Below are positions 8,789 through 17,243 of a stretch of DNA of 64,000 bases, in pieces. The stretch comes from Nannocystaceae bacterium ST9. Its GTDB lineage: Bacteria; Myxococcota_A; Polyangia; Nannocystales; Nannocystaceae. The stretch is from contig JBLWFJ010000001.1 of assembly GCA_048320885.1 (NCBI GenBank), forward strand, positions 5,633,697 through 5,697,696, read 5' to 3'. The stretch's first letter is position 1; every line of letters begins with the position of its first letter. A model generated the notes under the pieces. The model saw only the letters and a program-made list of their open reading frames with translations. It had not been told where the DNA came from and made no database searches. The position numbers were made by a program, and so were the translations under genes.

Positions 8789-10243
8789 TCAGACCACGTC
8801 GAGCGACCAGTGTGGGTTGCGTCGGACGTGCTCGACGAGCAGCGCGTGCGCGTCGGGTTCGAACGCGACGCCACGCAGATCGACGCTCGCGACGCTCTGT
8901 AGGGTGCGGGAGTCGATCAGTACCCGCGCGACCTCGCCGGGCCAGTCGCCCTCGCCCAGCCTGCCGACATGGCGGCCGAAGGCGTCGCTGAACAGCGCGA
9001 AGCGATCCAGCGACGCGACGATCGGCAGCCCGAGCAAGGCCGCGAGCGCGTCCACGGGCGCGTGCTCGAAGACGTCGTCGTCGAGGCGGAGCTCGAAGAC
9101 ACGCAGGCCGGGCAACTCGCTCTCGCGCAGGAGCTCGGTCGCGAGATCGGGGCGCCAGGCGGTCAGGTCGAGCTCGCGCAGGCGAGGCAGTCTCAGCGAG
9201 CTCGACTCGTTGGCGCAGACCATCCGCAGGCGCTCGAGTCGAGGCAGGCGCTCGGCGGTGAACAGCTCGGCGGTGGCGTGGACGAAGCTCTCGAGCTCGC
9301 GCAGGCCGGCGAGCAGATCGGGATCGGCCGCCATGATCGCCTCGAGCGTCTCGCGGTCGGTGATCCCTCGGCCCAGCTCGAGCGCGCGCAGGCACGCGAC
9401 GATCGGCAGCTCCAGCAGCCCGGCGATCCACTCGCGCGTGCCGTGCCGCCAGGTCCGGCCCGCCGAGAGTCGAGGGTCGAAGCCGAGTCGCTGCACGAGC
9501 CCGCCCGACCAGTCGAGCCGCAGCATGTCGAGGGTCTCGGCGTGGGGCCCGAACAGGTGCCGGCGATGCTCGACGAGCGCCTCGTGAAACGCCCGATCGA
9601 GCCGCTCGCGCTCGCCGGGCTCGCTCGCGCGGGCACGCGCGAGATCCAGCGCCGCGATCAGCCCACGCGGGTCGCCCTGCCGCTGCAACCAGTCGGCGTG
9701 GACCTCCATCGCTTCGTCGGGCGGATCGCCGACGCGGATCGCCTGCTCGAGCGCGGGCTCGCGGGCGCTGCAGCGCAGCGCGACGTCGAGTTCGCGCGCG
9801 CTCGACTCGAGCCCGCGCGCAGCCCAGGCTTCGAGTTCGTCGGCGATCGCCCGGTCGCGCTCGTCGATCTCGACGAACTCCACTTCGCGCTCGCGGATCC
9901 ACTCGTCGGCCTCGCGGCGCTCCCAAGCCAGGCGCAGGCCGTGCCAGCGCAGCCGCTCGATCGGCTGATCGCCGCGCCGCGGGTGGCGAGGATCGAAGGC
10001 GTGGCGAAGCTCGTCCTCCTCGACGAGCCCGACCGCGCTGCCGGCCTCGCGTTCGAAACGCTCGACGATCGCCCGCGCGGCCGCTTCGTCGAGGCCCTGG
10101 GCGAACACCCATTGCTGCTCGACGATGTCCTTGCACTCCTTGAGCCCTCGCCCGGTCAGCTCGCGCATCAACTTGATCGCCGCGATCTTCTGATTGCCGC
10201 CGAGGTAGCGCAGGGAGTAGGTCATGTCGTTCATGCCGTTCAT
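8789..10243 (-). CDS. Protein with an N-terminal ribosomal bL12 C-terminal-domain-like module, a TIGR02996 repeat-companion motif and LRR-like repeats
   Basis: The N-terminus (MNGMNDMTYSLRYLGGNQKIAAIKLMRELTGRGLKECKDIVE…GLDEAAARAIVERFEREAGSAV) resembles the bL12 CTD ([24 protein letters not shown]…). Then …AMEVHADWLQRQGDPRG… (TIGR02996-like), then L-rich repeats. Its ATG overlaps the upstream paralogue's stop (ATGA). Confidence 0.75.
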   Translation of the reverse strand: MNGMNDMTYSLRYLGGNQKIAAIKLMRELTGRGLKECKDIVEQQWVFAQGLDEAAARAIVERFEREAGSAVGLVEEDELRHAFDPRHPRRGDQPIERLRWHGLRLAWERREADEWIREREVEFVEIDERDRAIADELEAWAARGLESSARELDVALRCSAREPALEQAIRVGDPPDEAMEVHADWLQRQGDPRGLIAALDLARARASEPGERERLDRAFHEALVEHRRHLFGPHAETLDMLRLDWSGGLVQRLGFDPRLSAGRTWRHGTREWIAGLLELPIVACLRALELGRGITDRETLEAIMAADPDLLAGLRELESFVHATAELFTAERLPRLERLRMVCANESSSLRLPRLRELDLTAWRPDLATELLRESELPGLRVFELRLDDDVFEHAPVDALAALLGLPIVASLDRFALFSDAFGRHVGRLGEGDWPGEVARVLIDSRTLQSVASVDLRGVAFEPDAHALLVEHVRRNPHWSLDVV

Positions 10244-11673
10244 GTCGGCGCCTCGGGCAGCAGCAGCGCCGGCAGGATGACCCGGACGGTCTCGAGCTGC
10301 TGACGGGTCGCGGGTTCGAGGGTCATCGCGCGCAGATCGATCCGTTCGAGCCCGCGCAGCTCGCTGCCGAGCACGATCAGCGCGCGCGCCAGCCAGGTCC
10401 CGCAAGGAGTCCCGCGATCGAGCAGGGTCAAGCCGCGCAGCGGCTCGATCAGCGGCAGCCGCAAGAGCGCGCGCAGCTGCTGCTCGGGCGTCGGGTCGTC
10501 GGAGCCCTGGATCAGCGAGTCGAAGTCGAAGCCGAGCGTCAGCTCGCGCAGCGCCGGCAGGCGAGCGCGCGAGAGCGACTCGTGCACGGTCTGCACCGAC
10601 CAGACGTCGAGGCGCAGGCGCTCGAGCGCGGGCAGCTCGAGGCCGCGCGCGTGGAGATCCCAGCGAACCTCGAGCTCGCGCAGGCCGGTCAGCGCGGGCC
10701 AGCGAGTGGTGTCGCGGCGGGCCGAGTGACGGGTCAGCGCGAGCGAGCGCAGGTTGGCCAGGGTCGCCGGGTCGACCGACGCGAGCGCGTCGATGTCCGG
10801 GACTCGAAGTGCGCGCACGCAGGTGGCCAAGGGCAGCTCGAGCGCGTCGCGGATCGTCTGCGTGGTCACGCGCTCGTCGAAGCCCAAGCCGAACATCACG
10901 CCACCGCGCCAGTCGATCGTCAGCAGGTCGAGCGAGGCGTGCAGTGGCCCGAAGAGCTGGTGACGATGATGCTCGCGCAGCCGAAGGGTCTCGCGCTCGA
11001 GCTCGGCTCGCCGCGAGGGATCGCTCTCGCGCTCGGCCGCGAGCCCGGTCGCGATCAACAGCCCGCGCGGGTCGGCTTGTCGCTGTAACCAGTCGCCGTA
11101 GACCGCGAGCGCCACGCTCGGATCGTCGTGAGTGCGGATGGCCTGCTCGAGCTCGGGCTCGCGCGCGGCCAGTCCAGCCAGCAGCTCGACCTCGCGCGCG
11201 CAGACCAACGCGCCGCGCTCGGCCAGCGCTCGCGCGTGCTCCTCGAACACCGAGCTCGCGTCGCGGCCCGCGGGGATCGCCAGGGTCTCGATCGCTTCGG
11301 GCCACTCGCCGAGCCGGCCGCGCTGACGGACGACGCCCTCGCGGGTCAGCCGCAGCCGCTCGATCGGCTGGTCGCCGCGGAGCGGGTGGCGAGGATCACC
11401 GGCGAAGCGATCCTCGGCCTCCATCTGCAGCTCGACCTCGCTGCCGAGCTCGGCGAAGCGACGGATCAACGCGCGCGCTCGATCGACCCCGACCCCGCGC
11501 AGGAACACCGCGTTGTCGTCGATCAGCTGGCGAGCGGCAGGGAAGTCGAGGCCGGTCAGCTCGCGGACCAGCGAGACGGCGAGGTGGGGGCTGCGGCCGG
11601 ACACGTGACGCAGCGCGGCCGTCGGTTCTGCGAGCACGCGAGGATCGTGCCGCTCGTCGGGGCGACGAGGCAA
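10240..11673 (-). CDS. Paralogue of the previous gene: bL12-CTD-like + TIGR02996 + LRR protein
   Basis: …LAVSLVRELTGLDFPAARQLIDDNAVFLRGVGVDRARALIRRFAELGSEV… then …LAVYGDWLQRQADPRG… It has the same architecture as the gene at 8789-10243 and sits in tandem with it. The exact start is uncertain (the listed ORF start was used). Confidence 0.7.
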   Translation of the reverse strand: MPRRPDERHDPRVLAEPTAALRHVSGRSPHLAVSLVRELTGLDFPAARQLIDDNAVFLRGVGVDRARALIRRFAELGSEVELQMEAEDRFAGDPRHPLRGDQPIERLRLTREGVVRQRGRLGEWPEAIETLAIPAGRDASSVFEEHARALAERGALVCAREVELLAGLAAREPELEQAIRTHDDPSVALAVYGDWLQRQADPRGLLIATGLAAERESDPSRRAELERETLRLREHHRHQLFGPLHASLDLLTIDWRGGVMFGLGFDERVTTQTIRDALELPLATCVRALRVPDIDALASVDPATLANLRSLALTRHSARRDTTRWPALTGLRELEVRWDLHARGLELPALERLRLDVWSVQTVHESLSRARLPALRELTLGFDFDSLIQGSDDPTPEQQLRALLRLPLIEPLRGLTLLDRGTPCGTWLARALIVLGSELRGLERIDLRAMTLEPATRQQLETVRVILPALLLPEAPT

Positions 11674-11692
11674 GCCAGGCGCGTGCAGGGGT

Positions 11693-12760
11693 TCAGGGCA
11701 CGTCGAAGACCATCGTCCAGATCACTCCGCTGGCCGAGCCGACCTCGGTCGCGACGCCCTCGACCGGCAGGCCGTCGATCTCGAGCTCGAACAGCTCGCC
11801 GAGGCCCGGCCCGATCAAGACGAATTTACCGTTGCTGGAGCTCGCGTCGGTGGTGAAGCTGGTCTCGCTCGCGTCGAGGTAGCGGACATGCGCGCCGCTG
11901 CTCGGGTCGGCCGAGACCACGCGCGCGCCCGCGATCGGGTCGCCCGTGATCGCCTCGCGGATCAGCCCGACGACCCCGCCGGTCTCGCCGAGCGGAAGCT
12001 GGTTGGCGAATTCCGGATCGGCCTCGAGCATCGCGGTGTACGAGCTCAGCAGATCGAGGGGGACGACCCAGAGATCGTGAACCGGATTGCCCGTGTCGTA
12101 GAAGGCGCCATTGATCGGCGTGGCGATCTTGGTGGCGGTCAGGGCGTCGCCCGTGCCCGAGATGAGCGCGACCAGGTAGAGCGGCACGCTCACGGGGGCG
12201 TCGATGCTGAGAAAGTCGAAGCGCCCGCCCGCGTCGCTCGTGCCCATCGCGACCGCGCTCGCGGAGGCCGGCATCAACGCGGCCTGCAGCGCGGCCGCGA
12301 CCTTCACGTCGGCGTCCGCGATCGGCTCGAGCGTCTCGAAGTCCAGCACTCGACCGGTGAAGCGCATCCGACAGCCGGGATCGACCGGCTCGCAGGTGCC
12401 GGCCAGCGGCGGGGCGTCCTGGAAGCGCACGCACAGCTTCGAAGCGCACTCCGAGCTGGCCAGGCAGGCGCTGCCATCGATCGCGCCCTCGCCCGGCGCG
12501 AACTCGGGGCACGCCTCGAAGCCGCCGCCCGTCTCGCTCTCCGAGCCCGTCTCGGTCTCCGAGCTGGTCTCGCCGTCCGAGCTGGTCGAGGTCGTCGCGG
12601 TCTCGCCCTCGTCTTCGCCGGTGGTCGAGCTCGAGCTCGATCCCGACTCGCTCTCGCTCTCGCTCGTACCAGTCTCGCCCTCGGCCGGAGGATCGGGGTC
12701 GTCGCAGCCGGCGAGCAGCAGTGAAGACACCAAGCACGAGAGTTTGGCGAGGCGAGACAT
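11693..12760 (-). CDS. Lipoprotein, acidic S/T/E-rich linker plus Cys-rich region (hypothetical)
   Basis: Internal ATG giving MSRLAKLSCLVSSLLLAGC (lipobox). Then …ETGTSESESESGSSSSSTTGEDEGE… linker, CPEF…C…C…C. C-terminal beta-rich domain. Confidence 0.65.
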   Translation of the reverse strand: MSRLAKLSCLVSSLLLAGCDDPDPPAEGETGTSESESESGSSSSSTTGEDEGETATTSTSSDGETSSETETGSESETGGGFEACPEFAPGEGAIDGSACLASSECASKLCVRFQDAPPLAGTCEPVDPGCRMRFTGRVLDFETLEPIADADVKVAAALQAALMPASASAVAMGTSDAGGRFDFLSIDAPVSVPLYLVALISGTGDALTATKIATPINGAFYDTGNPVHDLWVVPLDLLSSYTAMLEADPEFANQLPLGETGGVVGLIREAITGDPIAGARVVSADPSSGAHVRYLDASETSFTTDASSSNGKFVLIGPGLGELFELEIDGLPVEGVATEVGSASGVIWTMVFDVP

Positions 12761-12810
12761 CGCCCGAGTGGACCACCGATTTCCGTGGTCCGACGAGAAC
12801 GGCGTCTCGC

Positions 12811-13314
12811 TCAGCCAACCCGCTCGTACACGAAGATCGTCCAGGCCCAGGCGTGACGATCGTCGACCTCGTGACGCTCGCGCGAGACCTCGCGCCACCG
12901 ATCGAGGTCGAACTTCGGAAACACGGCGTCACCCTCGAACTCGGCGTGGACGCGGGTCAGGTAGATGCGATCGGCCACGCCCAGCGCCTCGGCATAGAGC
13001 GCGGTCCCGCCGATCACGAACGCCTCGCGCTCGCCGGCCGCCCGTGCGAGTTCGAGCGCCTCGCTCAGCGAGCGGACCACCTGCGCGCCCTCGGCCGGAT
13101 AGTCGACCCGCGAAGTGACCACCACGTTGACGCGATTGGGCAGCGGCTTGCCGCGCGACTCCCAGGTCCGCCGGCCCATGATCACCCAGTGGCCCTCGGT
13201 CGTGCGCTTGAAGTGGCGGAACTCGTCGGGCAGCCGCCAGGGCAGATCGTTGTCGCGGCCGATCACGTCGTTCTCGGCCGCCGCGGCGATCAGCGAGACC
13301 TGCATGCCGCTCAT
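12811..13314 (-). CDS. folA: Dihydrofolate reductase
   Basis: [53 protein letters not shown]… Canonical DHFR. Its ATG overlaps the thyA stop (ATGA). Confidence 0.9.
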   Translation of the reverse strand: MSGMQVSLIAAAAENDVIGRDNDLPWRLPDEFRHFKRTTEGHWVIMGRRTWESRGKPLPNRVNVVVTSRVDYPAEGAQVVRSLSEALELARAAGEREAFVIGGTALYAEALGVADRIYLTRVHAEFEGDAVFPKFDLDRWREVSRERHEVDDRHAWAWTIFVYERVG

Positions 13315-14105
13315 ACGGCGACCTCGGCCTTGATGTGCGGGTGCGGATCGTAGCCGCGCAGCTCGAAGTCCTCGTAGCGATAGTCGAAGAGCGAGTCGGG
13401 CGTACGCAGGATGTGCATGGTCGGCAGCGGTCGTGGTTCGCGGCTCAGCTGCAGGCGAGCCTGGTCGAGGTGGTTGAGGTAGAGGTGCGCGTCGCCGAAG
13501 CTGTGCACGAACACGCCGGGCTCGAGCCCGACGACCCGGGCGATCATCAGGGTCAGCAGCGCGTAGCTGGCGATGTTGAAGGGCACGCCGAGGAACACGT
13601 CGGCGCTGCGCTGGTAGAGCTGACAGCTGAGCCTGCCGGCCGCGACGTGGAACTGGAACAGGCAGTGGCAGGGCGCCAGCGCCATGTCCGGGAGATCGCC
13701 GACGTTCCAGGCCGAGACGACCAGCCGGCGCGAGTCGGGGTTGCGGCGGAGCTGATCGATCAGCTCGGCCATCTGATCGATCGTCCGTCCGTCGGCGCAG
13801 GTCCAGCTGCGCCACTGCTTGCCGTAGATCGGCCCGAGCTCGCCCCGCTCGTCGGCCCACGCGTCCCAGATCTTGACCTTGTGCTCGCGCAGGTAGGCGA
13901 CGTTGGTCTCGCCGCGCAGGAACCAGAGCAGCTCGTGGATGATCGATTCGAGGTGCAGCTTCTTGGTCGTGACCAAGGGGAAGCCCTCGCCGAGATCGAA
14001 GCGGAGCTGATGACCGAACACGCTGAGCGTGCCGACCCCCGTGCGATCGGACTTGCTCACGCCCTCGTCGAGGATCCGCTGCATCAGCGCGAGGTAGGGA
14101 CGCAC
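13311..14105 (-). CDS. thyA: Thymidylate synthase
   Basis: …[10 protein letters not shown]…[29 protein letters not shown]…DAHLYLNH… Full-length ThyA signature, including the catalytic Cys in PCH. Confidence 0.95.
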   Translation of the reverse strand: MRPYLALMQRILDEGVSKSDRTGVGTLSVFGHQLRFDLGEGFPLVTTKKLHLESIIHELLWFLRGETNVAYLREHKVKIWDAWADERGELGPIYGKQWRSWTCADGRTIDQMAELIDQLRRNPDSRRLVVSAWNVGDLPDMALAPCHCLFQFHVAAGRLSCQLYQRSADVFLGVPFNIASYALLTLMIARVVGLEPGVFVHSFGDAHLYLNHLDQARLQLSREPRPLPTMHILRTPDSLFDYRYEDFELRGYDPHPHIKAEVAV

Positions 14106-14253
14106 GCCGGGAGCTTACGCGGACCCGACGGCGTGAGCTCCGCGAAGCCCACCACGACGAGCGGAGAATGCTCCAGGGCGAGGCGGGAAATTTTCGCTGG
14201 CGAACGCCGATTGAACCCCGGGGCCGGCCCCGCGCACGATAACTTGGCTTCGA
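14106..14253. promoter_or_regulatory. Divergent intergenic region between thyA and the nitrogenase-like operon; presumed promoter(s)
   Basis: 148-bp gap between two divergently oriented starts. No convincing sigma-54 or sigma-70 consensus was recognised. Confidence 0.3.
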
Positions 14254-15360
14254 ATGGAGCGCATCACCTTGTTTGGCAAGGGTGGGATCGGCAAGTCGAC
14301 GATCGCCTGTGGGATCTCGGCCAGCCTGGCCGCGAGCGGTCGTCGGGTGCTGCACGTCGGCTGCGATCCCAAGCACGACTCGACCGCCGCGCTGCTCGGC
14401 GGCCAGATGATCGAGCCGGTCATCGATCGCATCACCGCGGTCAAGGGCGTGCGGATCGAGGACATCGTGGTCCGCTCGCCGCTCGGGATCGACTGCGTGG
14501 AGGCGGGCGGACCGGCGGCGGGCGTCGGCTGTGGTGGGCGCGGCATCACCCGGATGCTCGAGATCTTCGACGAGGCCGGCCTGCTCGCGCCCGATCGCTA
14601 CGACCTCGCGCTCTACGACGTGCTCGGCGACGTCGTGTGTGGCGGGTTCGCGGCCCCGCTGCGGCGAGGGATCGGCGAGAAGGTGGTGATCGTCACCTCC
14701 GAGGAGCTGATGTCGCTCTACGCGGCCAACAACATCGCGCGGGCGGTCGTGCACTACGCGAGCAACGGCATCGCGCTCGCCGGCCTGGTCGTCAACCTCA
14801 AGGACCCCGACGCCGATCGGCAGGTCGTCGAGCGCTTCGCCGAGCGGATCTCGACCAAGATCCTGTGCTGGGTGACCCGCGATCCGCTGATCCGCCAGGC
14901 CGAGTACGAGCGCACGACCGTGACCGAGATGGCCCCGCTCGCGCCGATCGCCAAGCTGTTCCGCGAGCTCGCCGATCAGCTGCTCACGCTCGACGTGAAG
15001 GGCACGCCGCTGCCGACTCCGATGGAAGAAGAGCAGTTCTACTTGGCCGCGCGCAGCCGGTTTCGCGCCGACGTCAGGGCCGAGCCGACGCCTGCGGCCA
15101 AGCCCGCGGTCCAGGCCACGCGCGTCGAGCCGGCGCCCGAGCGCTCCGACGTCCGGCCCTCCTCGCTCGCGCGGGGGCCCAAGGTCAGCGCCGATCGTCA
15201 GCGCAAGCAGGCCGAGGTCGAGCGCTACGTCCACGAGCTGCGGGCCGGCGCGCGGGCAGTCCGACTCGGGTTGGTCGGCGCCGACGAGGCGCTGCGTCGC
15301 CTCCAGGCCGCGTTCCCCGAGCAGGCCCGGACGCTTCGCCGCGAGGAGCTGCTGGCGTGA
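14254..15360 (+). CDS. NifH/BchL/ChlL-family Fe-protein ATPase (nitrogenase-like reductase component) with a C-terminal extension
   Basis: FGKGGIGKSTIACGISASLA (P-loop). VGCDPKHDSTAALLGG (switch I). CVEAGGPAAGVGCGGRGI (Cys97 equivalent). YDVLGDVVCGGFAAPLR (Cys132 equivalent). Then ~80 aa of Pro/Ala/Arg-rich and helical extension not present in NifH. Confidence 0.9.
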   Translation: MERITLFGKGGIGKSTIACGISASLAASGRRVLHVGCDPKHDSTAALLGGQMIEPVIDRITAVKGVRIEDIVVRSPLGIDCVEAGGPAAGVGCGGRGITRMLEIFDEAGLLAPDRYDLALYDVLGDVVCGGFAAPLRRGIGEKVVIVTSEELMSLYAANNIARAVVHYASNGIALAGLVVNLKDPDADRQVVERFAERISTKILCWVTRDPLIRQAEYERTTVTEMAPLAPIAKLFRELADQLLTLDVKGTPLPTPMEEEQFYLAARSRFRADVRAEPTPAAKPAVQATRVEPAPERSDVRPSSLARGPKVSADRQRKQAEVERYVHELRAGARAVRLGLVGADEALRRLQAAFPEQARTLRREELLA

Positions 15361-17243
15361 GCACGAGCAGCCTGTTTCCCGAGCTCGAGACCTCGGTCGA
15401 AGTCGCGGCGGGCGTCGACGACATCGAGCCCGAGTGGTCGGCCGAGACCCGCGCGCTCTTCGATCGCCTGGCCAGCGCCGGCGACAGCGAGCTGATCGCC
15501 GCCAGCGAGTCGGTCTACGAGCAGCATCGGGTTCGGCTCTCGGGCCCCGGGATCGCGGCCAGCGTCGCGGTCACTCGCCGCTTCGAGCAGGCGCTCGAGC
15601 TGCCGGGCATGCTGCGCTCGCTCAAGCGGGTCGACGAGGGCCGGATCGAGTTCGTCGCCGAGATCGAGGGCAAGCTCTACAGCGCGGGGCTCGGCCCGGT
15701 CGACGAGCCCGCGTGGCGCAAGGGCAAGACCTTCGCGCTGACCTACCGCGACGAGCTGCACCCGCGGATCGCTCGCGGGTTGATGCGCTTCTTGGCCCGC
15801 TACGACGGCGTGCCCTTCGCGACCATCCTCGCGCTGGTCGAGCCCGACCTCGCCGACCGCCACATGCTGGCGACCGACTATCTCGAGTCGGTGCTCTACT
15901 CGTACGCGCCCAGCAATGGCTGGCGGCGCTTCTTCGAGGGCACCGAGCTCTACCGCGGGACCTGTGGCGGGCACGTCGGCAAGGTCGCGATCGTCGATCA
16001 CACCGAGCTCGAGTGCGCGTTCAACCACGTGCCCTACGAAGAGCGACTGCCGGGCTTCTTCAACGTCCCGCCGACCGAGGACGAGCGCGAGCGCGATCCG
16101 AGTGAACCGGCCACCCAGCAGATCAAGCTGCTGACCGACATCCAGGATCGTGACGTGATCGTCGGCGCCGACGTGCTGCTCGACCGCGCGCTCGAGAGCC
16201 TCGCCGATCACCCGGCCCGGCCCGAGCTGGTCATCGTCCAGGCCGGCTGTCTGCCCGAGGTCACCGGCGACGATCTGCAGGCCTCGGTCGCGCGGACCAG
16301 CGCCCGCCTGCGCCTGCCGGTCGTCGTGGTCGGCCAGCACAACGATCCGGTCGGTCGCTCGATCGGCGAGCTGGTCGAGCGCGAGACCGTCGAGCTCGGG
16401 CGCACGCTCGATCCGACCCTGGTGATGTTCGTCGGCCTGCCGGCGTTTCGCGGTCGTCGGCAGGTGTTCGAGCTGTTCGAGCGGGCCGGCATCCGGGTCG
16501 CGGGCGCGCTCTTGCCCAACTTCGATCCCGACGTGGTCGCGCGCCTGCCCGCGGTCTCGCTCTTCGTGCTGCACCCCTGGGAGCGCTACGAGGTCTCGGC
16601 CAAGCGCATGGCCGCCCGCTACGCGCCCGCGCGGGCGATCGCTCCCGGCACTCCCTTCGGCGTGCGCGGCACTCGACGCTGGATGCTGGCGATCGCCGAG
16701 GCGCTCGGTCGTCGAGCCGAGATGCTCGCGGTGCTCGACGCCGCGTGGGCCGAGCTGGCCCCGCGTTGGGCGGCCCTGCGGGCGCGCGCGCGTCGGCATC
16801 GGCTCGGCTTCGTCGTCGAGCAGTCGAGCTGGCAGCTGGCCCTGTCGGCGCGGCGGAGCTTCGGCGCGCCCGTGGTCGAGCAGCTCGGCGAGATGGGCTT
16901 CGGGCTCGAGGTCCTGGCCTTCGCCGGGACCGCTGCGCTGCCCGAGCAGCGCTTCGACAGCCTGCGCGTGCGCAGCTACGCCGACTGCGACGAGCTCGCG
17001 CGCCTGCTCGCGGCCGACGAGGTCTCGGCCTGGTACAGCGAGCTGCACTACGATCGCCGACTGACTCGCAGCGGCAAGAACTCGTTCTCGCTCCGGCATG
17101 TCCGCATGGGCCTGCAGGGCGCGGTCGACTCGCTGGCCGAGCTGCTCGATACCATCGAATTGCCCTTCTACCGCCGCTACGGCGCCTATCTCGGCACCGC
17201 CTTTCCCGAGCTCGGCGATCCCGAGCACGCAGGAGCACGATGA
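15357..17243 (+). CDS. Nitrogenase component-1-like protein (NifK/BchB-like large subunit homologue), 628 aa
   Basis: GTG overlapping the upstream stop (GTGA). Conserved cysteines (GTCGGHVGK, TELECAF, and VQAGCLPEVTGDDLQ resembling the C..E.IGDDl motif of NifD/K/BchN/B). The long N-terminal extension is unique. The assignment rests on recalled motifs, not an alignment. Confidence 0.55.
   Translation: MSTSSLFPELETSVEVAAGVDDIEPEWSAETRALFDRLASAGDSELIAASESVYEQHRVRLSGPGIAASVAVTRRFEQALELPGMLRSLKRVDEGRIEFVAEIEGKLYSAGLGPVDEPAWRKGKTFALTYRDELHPRIARGLMRFLARYDGVPFATILALVEPDLADRHMLATDYLESVLYSYAPSNGWRRFFEGTELYRGTCGGHVGKVAIVDHTELECAFNHVPYEERLPGFFNVPPTEDERERDPSEPATQQIKLLTDIQDRDVIVGADVLLDRALESLADHPARPELVIVQAGCLPEVTGDDLQASVARTSARLRLPVVVVGQHNDPVGRSIGELVERETVELGRTLDPTLVMFVGLPAFRGRRQVFELFERAGIRVAGALLPNFDPDVVARLPAVSLFVLHPWERYEVSAKRMAARYAPARAIAPGTPFGVRGTRRWMLAIAEALGRRAEMLAVLDAAWAELAPRWAALRARARRHRLGFVVEQSSWQLALSARRSFGAPVVEQLGEMGFGLEVLAFAGTAALPEQRFDSLRVRSYADCDELARLLAADEVSAWYSELHYDRRLTRSGKNSFSLRHVRMGLQGAVDSLAELLDTIELPFYRRYGAYLGTAFPELGDPEHAGAR

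Noticed and set aside
5086-8874. Upstream ~1260 codons of the 1446-aa minus-strand ORF (4534..8874), antisense to the WD40 kinase
   Set aside because: The plus-strand frame has unambiguous kinase and WD40 motifs. The antisense translation is Arg/Gly/Ala-rich low complexity, typical of GC-driven open frames. Only its last 183 codons (4534-5085), which start at an ATG with a clean signal peptide, look genuine.
14106-14253. Possible sigma-54 (-24/-12) promoter upstream of the nifH-like gene
   Set aside because: TGGC…GC elements are present but not at the TGGCAC-N5-TTGCW spacing, and no enhancer-binding protein gene is adjacent. Too weak to call.
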